64,000 nucleotides of DNA, taken from assembly GCF_018977255.1 (NCBI RefSeq), contig NW_024704772.1, positions 186,001 to 250,000 on the forward strand. Direction: 5' to 3'. A model generated the notes under the pieces. It did no database searches. It had not been told where the DNA came from and saw only the letters and a program-made list of their open reading frames with translations. The position numbers and the translations under genes were made by a program. This DNA comes from Callorhinchus milii. Lineage: Eukaryota. Below, one piece after another: positions 48,701 through 59,755 of the stretch; position 1 is the stretch's first letter, and each line of letters opens with the position of its first letter.

Positions 48701-50640
48701 CACAAACAGTCGTAGATTGAAAATGACCAATTTATTATTGTTTTGGTTTTGGAGGGATTATTATTAGGCTCTGTGTGGAGTAAGGAAACTTGCCCAAGGT
48801 TTCGCCCTCTGCCTGGAATTGAACTCAGGTCTCTCGCTTGCAAAGCGAGTGCTCTAACCACTGAGCTACAGGACTCCACTGTAAAATATAGTGACTGTAT
48901 GTTTTGTGTTGTCAGTGTCAATGTGACACGGTGAGGTTAGTGTTAGTGTGACACAGTGAGGATAGTGACTAATATTGATGTCAGTGTTACACACCTGCCA
49001 ACACTGCTGGTGGCTGCAGTGATCAACCTGGTATTGGAGGTGGCCATGGAGCCGGCTGCCACTGGCCTCACTGTACACTGTTTGCCAGGTCAGATGGTAG
49101 TCACCGGTCATCATGTGGCTGATGCTCAGGTTGGCTGGAGGCCGGGGTCTGACTGAACACAAACAATACGAATAAGTTCCCAACAAATAGCAACAAATCC
49201 CAATAAAGTAGTTGCTGCATTTACCTCCACATACACCGTACCCTCTCCAAACACACATACGCACTCACATATACACACACACTCTCACAAACATACACAT
49301 AAACACACACTCAAACATACACACACACAGACACATACATACACACAAACATACATGCAGATTCACAAACATACACCTCACAAACATACACACAGACATA
49401 CACAATGCCCTCTCCACACACACACGGACTCTTCCCCCCCCCCACACACACAGGAGCACACTTACTGTTGTCCATCAGGCTGGTGGTTTGTCTGACATTG
49501 AGTGGGGTGACTGGTTTGAAGGTGAACTTGTAGACTAAACTGGCATAAAAAGATTTTCTCCAGATTGTGCAGTTCCAGCTGATGAGGGAGTCGGACTGGT
49601 TCACCTGCACCGCATCACATTGCTGCTCCGGCTCACTAACGTAATAAATGAAACGTTTTACAAAATAATAATAATTTGGTTTAAGCACTATATAAATGTA
49701 ATTTTGTTGTTGTGTTGGTCATTCATTCCACGTCTTTGAGACATCTCAAAGCGCTTCATAGAATATACCGTAAAGTAGTAATAATAATAATCCTTGCATT
49801 TGATATATTGCTTTTCACGTCTTCTAGACGTCTCAAAGCGCTTCACAGAATAGACTGTAAAGTGAATTGACTGTATATTTGTGGGTGAAATTGTAATGAC
49901 AGTGTATTTTGTGGGCGAAACGCGGCAGCCAATTGCGCACAGCAGCTTCCCACAAACAGGCATGGATTGAGGGACCAAGTTATTATTTTTTTTAAATGTT
50001 ATTTTAAAATGCTTTGGGATGTCTGAAGGTGACAAGGTGCTGTAACAATGCTGGTTCTCTCTATTCACCTGCTTAAGCTGTCCACTTTCTGATAGAAGAG
50101 CCTCATGGGTATGTGGGGCTTCACTGAGATGTCCTCCGTCCAGTGGCAATCGATCCTGGTGGCGTAGTCATTGTAACACTGCAGCTCGTTCACTGTCAGG
50201 AGAGAGAGAGAAAACCAGAGTCCGTCAGGTCAAGTCAGGTCAGTGCAAGACACCCCCACCCCTCACTCACCCACCCCATCCCCACTCAGCCCCCTCAATC
50301 CCCCTCTCGCCTCCAATCGCACTCCCCCACCTATTCATGTTACTCTTTTACTGTCCGTCAGTATGTCTCTGTGTCTCACCCTTTCTCTCTCTCTCTCTCT
50401 CTCTGTGTCTCTCTCAATCTCTCTCTCTCTCGCTCTGTTTCTCTCCCCCCTCTCTCTCTACCTCTCTCTTTCTCTCTCTCTCTCTCTCTTTCTCTCTCCC
50501 CTCTCTGGCTGTGGCCAGGATGACCAGCGGGGACAGGGTTGAGGACGGAGAGAAGGGGCTTTACCTTTAGAAGAGCAGACGGTGACAAGAAGCCAGAGCA
50601 GCACCAGACGGAGAAAGCTGGTCCTTCCTGCCGGCAACAT
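41543..50640 (-). CDS. CSF2RB: Cytokine receptor common beta chain (CD131), 13 coding exons, about 927 aa
   Basis: Exons 50640-50565, 50192-50069, 49635-49466, 49152-48995, 48443-48251, 48106-47971, 46950-46793, 46387-46251, 45245-45065, 44572-44485, 43944-43875, 43177-43083, 42740-41543. Two tandem cytokine-receptor modules (LQCYNDY..WSQWS; PKNLQC..WSEWS), TM, Box1 [22 protein letters not shown] and [11 protein letters not shown]. Confidence 0.93.
43083..43177 (-). CDS. CSF2RB: CSF2RB cytoplasmic exon
   Basis: Open 95-nt exon, phase 0-2, which bridges the Box1 exon to the last exon. Confidence 0.65.
43314..43692 (+). mobile_element. tRNA-derived SINE
   Basis: GGAGTCCTG..CTCGC-CTCGCAA-GCGAG (Ala-type anticodon arm)..GGTTCGATTCCC. 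Confidence 0.88.
43875..43944 (-). CDS. CSF2RB: CSF2RB Box1 exon
   Basis: [19 protein letters not shown]. Confidence 0.9.
44485..44572 (-). CDS. CSF2RB: CSF2RB transmembrane exon
   Basis: [26 protein letters not shown]. Confidence 0.82.
45065..45245 (-). CDS. CSF2RB: CSF2RB D4 exon b
   Basis: [13 protein letters not shown]...[10 protein letters not shown]. Confidence 0.9.
45475..45960 (+). mobile_element. Young SINE subfamily copy with a tandemly duplicated 3' half
   Basis: Diagnostic internal deletion (CACAGAGCCTAATAATAATCCCTCC); 3' body repeated at about 45810-45960. Confidence 0.88.
46251..46387 (-). CDS. CSF2RB: CSF2RB D4 exon a
   Basis: [18 protein letters not shown]. Confidence 0.88.
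46473..46759. repeat. 41-bp minisatellite, 7 units
   Basis: Unit ACGGTGACGGGTTTCCGTGTGTGTCAGACACCCGGATGGTC starting at 46473, 46514, 46555, 46596, 46637, 46678 and 46719. Confidence 0.92.
46793..46950 (-). CDS. CSF2RB: CSF2RB D3 exon b
   Basis: ECSPTV...GCKFPV...YTVVLK; 158 nt. Confidence 0.88.
47279..47609 (+). mobile_element. Young SINE subfamily copy
   Basis: Near-identical to the copies at 45475 and 48545. Confidence 0.88.
47971..48106 (-). CDS. CSF2RB: CSF2RB D3 exon a
   Basis: [20 protein letters not shown]; 136 nt. Confidence 0.9.
48251..48443 (-). CDS. CSF2RB: CSF2RB D2 exon b
   Basis: ARVRARP...YTGYWSQWS. Confidence 0.9.
48545..48877 (-). mobile_element. Young SINE subfamily copy nested in an older SINE, with a 7-bp TSD
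   Basis: ACTGTAA at 48541-48547 and 48878-48884. Confidence 0.88.
48995..49152 (-). CDS. CSF2RB: CSF2RB D2 exon a
   Basis: [11 protein letters not shown]...YHLTW...LQYQV; 158 nt. Confidence 0.9.
49466..49635 (-). CDS. CSF2RB: CSF2RB D1 exon b
   Basis: EPEQQC...WNCTI...YKFTFKP. Confidence 0.85.
50069..50192 (-). CDS. CSF2RB: CSF2RB D1 exon a
   Basis: [16 protein letters not shown]; 124 nt. Confidence 0.9.
50565..50640 (-). CDS. CSF2RB: CSF2RB signal-peptide exon
   Basis: CACC ATG context; [25 protein letters not shown]; 76 nt. Confidence 0.85.
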
Positions 50641-50799
50641 GGTGAAATCCCTGCAGATTCTTCGTGGTGAGTTAGTTCAGGAGTGTGTGTGTGTGTATCG
50701 GGTTAGGCTCCTGTCACCTCATCACACCTGCCGACAAAAGATGAGAATGAGCGATTCACTTCCCAGCTCCTCATCGATCGCTTCACTTTCGCCCGGCAA

Positions 50800-51202
50800 A
50801 ACCCCAGGCAAGTTTCCTTACTCCACACACACGCCTTTGTTTACCAGCAGTGAGTAGGAACCCGCGTGTTAGTAGATTGGTGGCTCAAATTTACGGGAAT
50901 AATATAATCCCTTCAAAAAATAAATAATAATTTGGTCACTCAACCCATGACTGTTTGTGAGACATTGCTGTGCGCAGTTGGCTGCTGCAAATAATAGTCA
51001 CTCCACTTTACAGTACATAAAAAAACAATAATAAATTGGTCATTTTCAATCTACGACTGTTTGTGGGACATTGCTGTGCGCAATTGGCTGCCGCGTTCGC
51101 CCACAAATATACAGTCAATTCACTTTACAGTGTGTTCTGTGAAGCGCTTTGGGACGTCCTCCCGACGTGAAAAGCGCTACATCAAATGCAAGGATTATTA
51201 TT
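50800..51202 (+). mobile_element. Older SINE body followed by a 5'-truncated young-subfamily copy (51020-51202)
   Basis: Same diagnostic sequence AATAAATTGGTCATTTTCAATCTACGAC. Confidence 0.8.
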
Positions 51203-51779
51203 TTTGTAAGCCCCTACTCCCTGCAAATAACTCGCAAAAGCCCTTCACCTAGTCTCTGTCTCTCTCTCTCTCTCTGTCTGACTCCCAACTTCCTTGTGTT
51301 GCTGCTCCTCTTCTCCAGTTTTATCTCTTGTTTGACGTCAATCCTCCCCCATAAATCCCACCCTGAATTCACTGCAAGACAGTCATCTTTCTCTTAAATT
51401 CGGAAACTTGGCAAATTGAAGCTTGCAAAACATCGATCAAAACATGTTGCCCCATCGTACCTTCTGTGTAACTAAAGGGAAATGACTGGTGTGTCCTGAT
51501 CGACAGATACCAGGTTTCTAATCTGGCTCCATCTCTGATTGTGGATGTCCATCTGTTATTTGCTGTCAGAAGATAACAAGACACTTCCCTTACGCTCAAC
51601 TCTATCTCTTGCTCACTCTCTCGCTCTTGTGGATTATAAGTCTCCTCTGTGAGATTTACAGCATCTCTCACACAGGAAAAACGCTTCAAAGTGCCAGAGA
51701 GAATAGAGGGGTGTAAGGGGAAGGCTGGGGAGAGGGGCTTAGGAGGGATGGGGGCCCTCCTAACACAGAGAGTATAGAG

Positions 51780-52423
51780 TATACTGTAAAGTGAATTGAA
51801 TGTATATTTTGTGGGTGAAACTCTGCAGCCAAATGTCCCACAAACAGTCGTGGATTGAGTGACCAATTTTTTTTAAGGGATTTTAACCCCTGATAAAGTG
51901 ATCTGCCAATCGACTAACAACCGGGTTCCTATTTACTGCTGGCAAACAGCGGCATGTGTGTGGAGTAAGGAAACTTGCCTAAGGTTTCTCCCCGCCTGGG
52001 AATCGAACCCAGGTCCTCTCGCTTCATAGAATCATAGAATTGTACAGCACAAAAAGAGGCCATTTGGCCCATTGAGTCTGTGCGGCTCTTTGAGAAGAAC
52101 AATGTAATGTCAATCCCACTCCCCGGCCCTTTCCCCATAACCTGCAAACCCGTCCTCCTCAAATACCCGTCCACCGCGTTTTTAAAAGTAGTTATCGAAT
52201 TGGGCAATGAGTTCCAGATTCAAACAACTCGCTGCGTGAAAAAATTCTTCTCACCGCCCCTTGGCTTCTTTTAGAGACTATTTTGAATCTGTGACCTCGA
52301 GTCACCGACACACCCACCAGTGGAAACAGTTTTTCCCTTTCTAACTTATCGAATCCCCTCATGATTTTGAAGACCTCTATTAGGTCTTGCGAGGTGAGTG
52401 CACTAACCCCTACACTACAGGAG
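51780..52423 (-). mobile_element. SINE interrupted by a CR1 LINE 3' fragment (about 52025-52385)
   Basis: SINE head split at CTCGCTT|...|CTTGCGAGG; CR1 peptide DLIEVFKIMRGFD..KLFPL and (ATTCTATG)n tail. Confidence 0.8.
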
Positions 52424-54752
52424 TTCAGTGAGTCGCTGTCAGTGACTGAGTCTCTGACTGACTGACTGACTGACTGACACACTAGGGTGTGAGGTTGCAG
52501 TCAGTGCAGAGAAGTGAGTTTAAAAATAACAGTAAATGAGTTTAACAATGAGTTTGGTTTCACCTTTTGAATGGGCTTTAAGCATCAGGCTTCAATAGTT
52601 ATGCAAATGAGGGTTTGTTTGATGCAAAAATTTGTACTTTTATCGTTTCCTCTCTCGGGTCTGGTCAGGATTTGGGTTGGGTAGCGTTGGGATAGGTTTT
52701 TGGGCGAGGCTTGCTGGTACCCGGTGCCCTCGAGCAGCCAGTGGTGAGACCTACTCCTCACCCTCAGCATCAGTATCTCACAGAGCAGCAAGACATCACT
52801 GCTCTCGAGTAACACCTCACTCAGTTTCACGCTGCTTTGTCGAGATAACAGTATGTCCGGAAACCCAACCTCTCATTACAGGCTCTGTCAACTATTCACA
52901 GTGACTGCCCATCCCTAACACATTCACTAACACAGTCACTAATACAGTGTCACTAACACAGTGTCAGTAACTCAGGGCAGATAGAAGGCTTCCCAGGGCT
53001 TTCAGAATAAATCCCCTGACAGTGTCTCTCTTCCTGACCATTCTACTCCCCTTCCCGCGCCCCCTCCCTCTCTCACAGTGAATCTGTGAATTCCCCTCAC
53101 TGCCTTCCTCATTACTGACACGCAGTGACTACGTTGACAAGTGCCAGGATTGTTATATTTGTTGTGCCCTTAGCTTCAGATTGTCTCAAAGTGCTTCACA
53201 GTAATTAAAGTCAAGCATAGTGACGGTGACGTTATACTGTCATATTATTTGATACAGCTTCACACATTCACAAACACTTCACAAGATTTACTGTAAAGTG
53301 AGTGACTGTGTGCTTTGTAAGTGAGCACAGCAGCCAGTGTGCACAAAGCGGGGTCCCGCATACAGCAGTCAAGTGGATGAGCGATTACTGTATATCTGGG
53401 GGATTGTTGGCCATGACACCAAGATGGAGAGAGACTGGGTTTGCCTCCCCCCACATTGGGAGATTTGTAAACAACCCCCCTGACCCTCTGGTGCTTTCCC
53501 ATGGTTCTTGTTAACTATTCTCCTCCCAACTCCCAGTGACAGGAGTCCAGCCATTGAACTTATTAGTAACTCCTCAACGTCTCAATGTACAATGATTATC
53601 AACATCATTGAATAACCCGGCACATCAATTTAATAATAATAATAACAAATCTTCAAGACGTCTCATAACGCTTCACAGATTACACTGCAAAATGTAGTGA
53701 CTGTATATTTTGTGTGTGAAACGAGGCAAGCGCACTAACCACTAAGCTACAGGACTCCACCATAACTAGCTCAGCCTCTTTATCTTCGCTCACTCTGTGA
53801 ATGTTCATTCTTTTATACTGAAATAAATCATAATAATAATCCTCCTATTTGACACTGAGCCTTTCTCATCGGGAAGAATTTGTCAAAGCGCTTCATGGGA
53901 CTTTACTGTAAAGTGACTGAGATAAAAAATACATATTCTTGTAAGCAATTAGACTAGTCTGAGGGTGCGGAGCTGCCAAGCTGAATGCGAGTGTGGAGGG
54001 TAGAAAGCTAACTTACCTGGAGAGCAAGTTCATTGGTGTTTCTCTGTCAGTCTCCCTCTTTACCTTGGTGTGTGTCACTTTATCTATGTTAGTATGTGTG
54101 TGTGTCTCTCTGTGTCTCTCTAACGCTATCTATGTTTGTCTCTGTCTTTGTGTCTCTATCTATATGTATGTGTGTATGTGTCTCTCTCTCTCTATCTTTG
54201 TGTCCCTATCTATATGTATGTGTGTATGTGTCTCTCTCTGAATTTGTGTCTTTATCTCTATCTTTCTATATTTAGTTGTATATCTATCTCTTTGTGTTTC
54301 TGTCCGTACATTGCTCTTTCTCTCTCTCTCTATCTACCTGTGTTCCTCTCTCAGTGTTTCTCTCTATCTGAGTTCCTCTCTCACTCTCTCTATCTGTGTG
54401 TGCGTTTCTCTGTCTATCTCTCGTCCCTTCACGATCGCTCTGTCTGTCTGATGCCTGTTCCTCTCCCAAGAGCAAACCTTAGCCGCCTCCATAAAGCCCA
54501 TTGGTCCATAGTTGTGTCTGTGTACGCCCACTGATTAGTCCTCAATCTCAGAGTGTAAAGTACAGGAAAAGTCTAACTAAAGTTTGAGTCAGAGAATCTA
54601 TAGCTGGTGTCGTTTTTTTTAGTTTGAAAGATATTTTTTAATTAAAATTTCTCAGCAGCTGAGATGCGGGTGAAGGTTCTGGGCTGTTGTGTGTAAGAAT
54701 GGTTAGTGTGAGGCTGGCTGGCTCTCAGCTGGCCCCAATCCACTATATATCT

Positions 54753-54770
54753 GGGAATTTCCTAGGAAAT
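54753..54770. promoter_or_regulatory. Overlapping NF-kB and STAT (TTC-N4-GAA) consensus sites upstream of CSF2RB
   Basis: GGGAATTTCC at 54753-54762; 14-bp palindrome ATTTCCTAGGAAAT at 54757-54770. Confidence 0.45.
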
Positions 54771-55359
54771 GGGTTTGGCTGGATTAGGTTACTGGCTTTG
54801 ATGAATCATCAGTGAGACGCAAAACCAGGAAAGGCTTGAGAGTGAGAGCCAGGGGTATGACACAGAGAGAGGAGAGAGAGGCAGGGAGTGTGACAGAAAG
54901 ACGTGACTAAAGGCAGGGAGTGTGACAGAGAGAGAGGGGCCAGTGTGACCGAGAAAGAGAGGAGCCGGCAAGCTTTCCCGATGCTTGTCCAGCTAGGATC
55001 CCCCGACTAAAGTTAGGGCTTGGGCTGCAGGGTTAACAGGAGCTGAATGGGATGCCTCCCTGCCCCCAGTGACTAGTCTGTTGTTCCAGGTCCTGCCGAT
55101 CAGCCGGCCTGCGCTTTACTGTCATTAGCAGTGAGTGCCCTGGAATACAACATTAACTTTGCGTACAGAACTTCACGTTAAGCCCAGGAGTGACCTCTCT
55201 TTTTCTCTCTCTCGCTCTCTCTCTCTCTTTCGCTCTCTCTCCACCTTTGGGGCTGAGCCTTCACCATTCCCCATCCTCCCCTCTATAACCCCCTTCTAAA
55301 ATAGTTTGTGCTTCTCCTCTCTCGCGTCTCCAATCACACCCCACTCAAAAACAAACTTC

Positions 55360-55640
55360 CTAAAACACAGCAGTTGAGAGTCCTCCGCTCCACCCTCGGC
55401 GGCCGTACCTTCAGCCACTATGTCCCGAAGCTCTGGAATTCCCTTCCTCACTCCCTTCGCCTCGCCCCCTCTCTTCCTACTTTCTGGTCCCTTCTGAAGA
55501 CCTTTCTTTTCGACTGCGCCTTTGGTCACCTTCCCCCCACCCCCTCCCCCGGCTCAGCCCCAGGATTTGTTACTGTGAAGCGCTCTGAGACGCCGTCCGG
55601 CGTGGAGGACGCTATATAAATCCAAGTTGTTGTTGTTGTT
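55360..55640 (+). mobile_element. L2-type LINE 3' fragment; similar copies at about 3640-3860, 7890-8140, 11310-11510, 23405-23670, 30520-30770, 57280-57475 and 57915-58110
   Basis: GGRTFSHYVPKLWNSLPHSLR...LKTFLF peptide typical of the L2 ORF2 end; (TTG)n tail. Confidence 0.75.
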
Positions 55641-55828
55641 GAGAGGAGCGACGGAGAATGTGTCAGCAACAACGTTAACATTTAGCAATGCCTGACTTCA
55701 GTTTCTGCTGTGTTCTCTCAAGCCTTCGCCGACAGACCCTGCTCACACTCCAGCCTGGGCTCAGACTGTGCCACCAGCATTCTCTGTAGTTACACTAGTG
55801 TAAATTTACACAATTCAACACTATCCAG

Positions 55829-56194
55829 TGGAGTCCGACAGTTCGGTGGTTAGAGCACTTGCCTGGCAAGCAAGAGGACCTGGATTGATTCTCGAAACAT
55901 TGGCCGTGTTTCCTTACTCCCCACACACACGCCTCTGTTTACCCAGCAGTAAGTAGGAACCTGGCTGTTAGTCGATTGGCAGATCACTTTTCCGGGAGTA
56001 ATAATCTCATGAGAAACAAATAATAATTTGGTCACTCAACCCATGACTTTGTGGGACACAGATATGTGCGCAATTGGCTGCTGTGTTTAGCCTTCAAAAT
56101 GTAGTCAATTCATTTGCAGTATATTGTGTGAAGCGCTTTGAGACGTCTCAAAGGCGTGATAAGGCGCTGTATCAAATGCAACGATCATTATTAT
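55829..56194 (+). mobile_element. tRNA-derived SINE
   Basis: Same family. Confidence 0.82.
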
Positions 56195-56899
56195 TGGAAT
56201 CTTCTTATTGATCTTGAAGATGTGCCACAGTCACGAGGCTTGGCGGAGTGAGGAGGTAAACAGTTAATTCTGAGAAACCTCTGGTTCCTTTTTCTCAAAG
56301 CCCAGTCCAGCCCGTCACTGTGCTCTGCTTCCTTCCCCTTTTTATTTCCAGAAAGAAAGTGCATCAACAATTTTTTTAATGTTAAAAAAAATGGATACAG
56401 CAGCTGAGGGTGAAAAGTTCTCTGTCCGTCCCCTCCCCTCGCCTCATGTCTCTCTCTCTCTCTCTCTCTCTCTCCCAGTGTCCCTGCCCGACAATCCTCC
56501 AGACAGATAAATTCGGATATTTTTTAAAAATGTGGTCCCTCAATCCACGGCTGTTTGTGGGGACGCTGCTGTGCGCAATTGGCTGCTGCGTTTTGCCCAC
56601 AAAATATACAGTCAATTCCCTTTACAGTATTTCCTGTGAAGCGCTTTGAAACGTCTCGAAGACCTGATAAGGCGCCGTGTCAAATACAAGGATTATTATT
56701 ATTAATATTCTTCACTGCGTGACTGTTTGTGGACACGTTTGCTGCCGCGTTCGCCAACAAAGTAGACAGCCATTACACTTCACTGCTAACCCTGTGAGGA
56801 GCTCTGATATGCTCCTGATAAAGGAGATATGTGTCTAAAAAGCAGCCAAGGCCTCACCAGCAAATAGCACAGGGTCATTCACACTCCCATCCCGTCATA

Positions 56900-57260
56900 A
56901 CTTAGGAACAGGAGGAGGCCATTCAGTTCCTCGATCCTGTTCCGCCATTCTACAAGATCATAGCTGATCAACTCCAATTTACCCACCCTTGCCTTGACAC
57001 CCTGATCTAACAAACATCTTTCCACTTCAGTCTTGAAAAAGTGAATGGATCCAGCCGTAGTCCACAGCCTTTTGGGGGAAGAAGGGAGAGAGAGAGAGTT
57101 CCATATTCCCACTAGCCTTTGGGTGTGTGAAAAACTGCCTCCTGATTTCACTGCTAAATGGCCTAGCTCTGATGTTAAGACGATACTCCCTTGTTCTGGA
57201 TTCCCCCACCCACCAGAGGAAATGGTCGCTGTAGCTACCCTATAAAATCCCTTTATCATT
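56900..57260 (-). mobile_element. CR1 LINE 3' fragment
   Basis: [27 protein letters not shown] remnant. Confidence 0.72.
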
Positions 57261-58351
57261 GAAAATAACGTTCACATGTGTCGCTTCCTTCAAGGCCTGT
57301 CTCAAGACCCTCGACTTCGACCGCGACTTTGGGCACCCTCCTACCTCTACTCTCCCTGCCCTCCACCTCTCCTGATCCCAACCTACAACTCGGGTCCAAA
57401 TTCCTGACTGCCCACCGCCTTGGGACATCCTCCTGGTGTAAAAAGCGCCGTGTAAATGTAATGTGTTGTTGTTGGTGGCGCACATGACATGACACACGCT
57501 TTAGCAGTTTAACTTCACGCCTTACGATCTCAAGTGGAAAGAATTGCAACACACAAAGTTCTGCCCATAGACTCGGCCGCGGCTGTGAAAGCCTGAGAAA
57601 CGTTGTCCCATCCCCACGTGACAGGCAGTGACCGGCTGGGCTCTCAGCTATTCTTTAATCTCGCTGTGGTTTCTGAGAAATGGCAAACATTTAACGCTGG
57701 GAAACAATTGTCTACAGGAATCATCTTCCCCAAAGCCCCTGGCTTTCACATCACACGCATGGCCTGTTAACATAGTCAGGACGAGCTCATGTGGGACACG
57801 AAGCAGCTCAGTTTCTAGGCACAAACCCAGCCTGATCCTGACAGCAAAGTAATTAAACATTCTGCTGAATATCGGGCATGTTTAGACTGGCTTCCTGCTC
57901 CATACCAGTCACTCTGCCTCGCTTCCTCCCTTGCCTCCTTCAAAGCACATCTCAAGACCCACCGCTTCGACCAACCCTCCTACCCCCACCCTTCTTGCCC
58001 TCCGCCCCTCCTGATCCCAACCCCTAGCTCGGTTCCAATTCCCGAACTGTCCAGCGCCTTGAGACGTCCTCCCGATGGGAAAGGCACCATGTAAATATAA
58101 TGTGTTGTTGTTGCTTGTTCAACTGGGACTGGCTACCCGCTAGTCATGGCTTCGTCTACAGCAACCACGTGGGAAGGATCCTGGCCTCCCTGTGAGCAAA
58201 CACAGAAGCCAATCTGTGCTCAGCAGCGTCCCCACTAACGTTTATTGGAGGGGGGAGATTTTTATCTATTTGAATAACACGGTGGGAGAGTTTTATCACT
58301 GCCCAGGCAGGAGATGGAGTGGGAGCTCGGTTTAATGTCAGATAGTGTGTT

Positions 58352-58892
58352 GGAGTCCTGTAGCTCAGTGGTTAGAGCACTCGCCTCACAAGTGAGAGAC
58401 CTGGGTTCTATTCCCAGCAGGGCGAAATGTTGGACAAATTTCCTTACTCCACACTCCTCTGGTTACCCAGTAGTAAGTAGGAACCCAGTTGAACAACTGC
58501 ATTTCGGCCACAAATGTACAGTCAATTCATTTTACAACATATTCTGTGAAGCGCTTTGTGACATCTGGAAGACGTGAAAAGTGCTATATCAAATGCCAGG
58601 ATTATTATTGTTATTATTACCTAGCAGTGAGTAGGAACACGGTTAATATTCAATTGGAGGATCGCTTATCCGGTGGTAATAATTCCTTCAAAAAAAATAA
58701 TGATAATAATTTGGTCACTCAATCCACTGTTTGTGGGACGCTGCTGTGCGCAATTATTGGCTACTGTGTTTCGGCCACAAGATAAACAGTCAATTCACTC
58801 TACAGTATATCTTGTGAAGCGCTTTGAGACTTCTCAAAGATTAGATAAGGCACTGTATCAAATGCCAGGATTATTATAATTATTATTATTAT
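58352..58892 (+). mobile_element. Composite/nested tRNA-derived SINE
   Basis: One head with two 3' bodies and tails. Confidence 0.8.
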
Positions 58893-59452
58893 ATTGAACC
58901 CTCAGCCCTCAGTCCAATATGTAACACATGGTGCCACCCCCCTCGCCCACCGAGAAGCCATTCACAGACAGCAAGGGGTTAAGTGAGTGGGAGGTAGTTA
59001 CAGGAAGCAGAGGAGGCTGTTACAGTAGATGTAATACTATTTACCATGTTTTCCTCTGCTTTGCATAGAGACTGAGTCATGTTGTGTGTGGGCTGTGTTA
59101 CGATCACTAACAGTCACTCACACGTGGGGGAGCTGGACAGAGCGCCTTGTTCAAACTTACACGTTTAGCAATCTTTACAAGAGTTATTTATCATAAATAT
59201 TTATCATATTTATCAGTGATTACTGGCAGGTGATTGAAGGAGCATTTTGACCAAAATACAAGATGTTCATGGCATTACCATTGACTAGGATCCACAGACA
59301 GTGAAAATCTGAGTGTGCTTGCCTTGTCTTGTCTGGGTAAAGATTCTCTGGCTTGTGTCAGCAAGTTGCATGGTGCTGAGTGCCCTGTGGGGAACTCGCT
59401 GAATGGCATTGCACAATGATTTTCTGACTGTTCATTGCTCCTTGTGGGAGAT

Positions 59453-59755
59453 GGAGCACTCGCCTCACAAGCGAGAGAACCTTTGGTTCAATTCCTGGAG
59501 GGGGCAAAGTGTTGGAGTAAGAGGTGTGTAGAGTGAGTTTCCTTACTCCGCACGCCTGTTTACCAAGCAGTAAGTAAGAACCTGGTTGTTAGTCGATTGG
59601 CAGATCACTTTTCTGGGGATAAAAATCCCTCAAAAAAACAATAATAATTTGGTCACTCAATCCACGACTGTTTGTGGGACGCTGCTGTGCACAATTGGCT
59701 GCTGCGTTTCGCCCACAAATATATAGGCAATTCACTTTATAGTATATCCTGTGAT
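59453..59755 (+). mobile_element. tRNA-derived SINE (partial)
   Basis: Same family. Confidence 0.75.
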
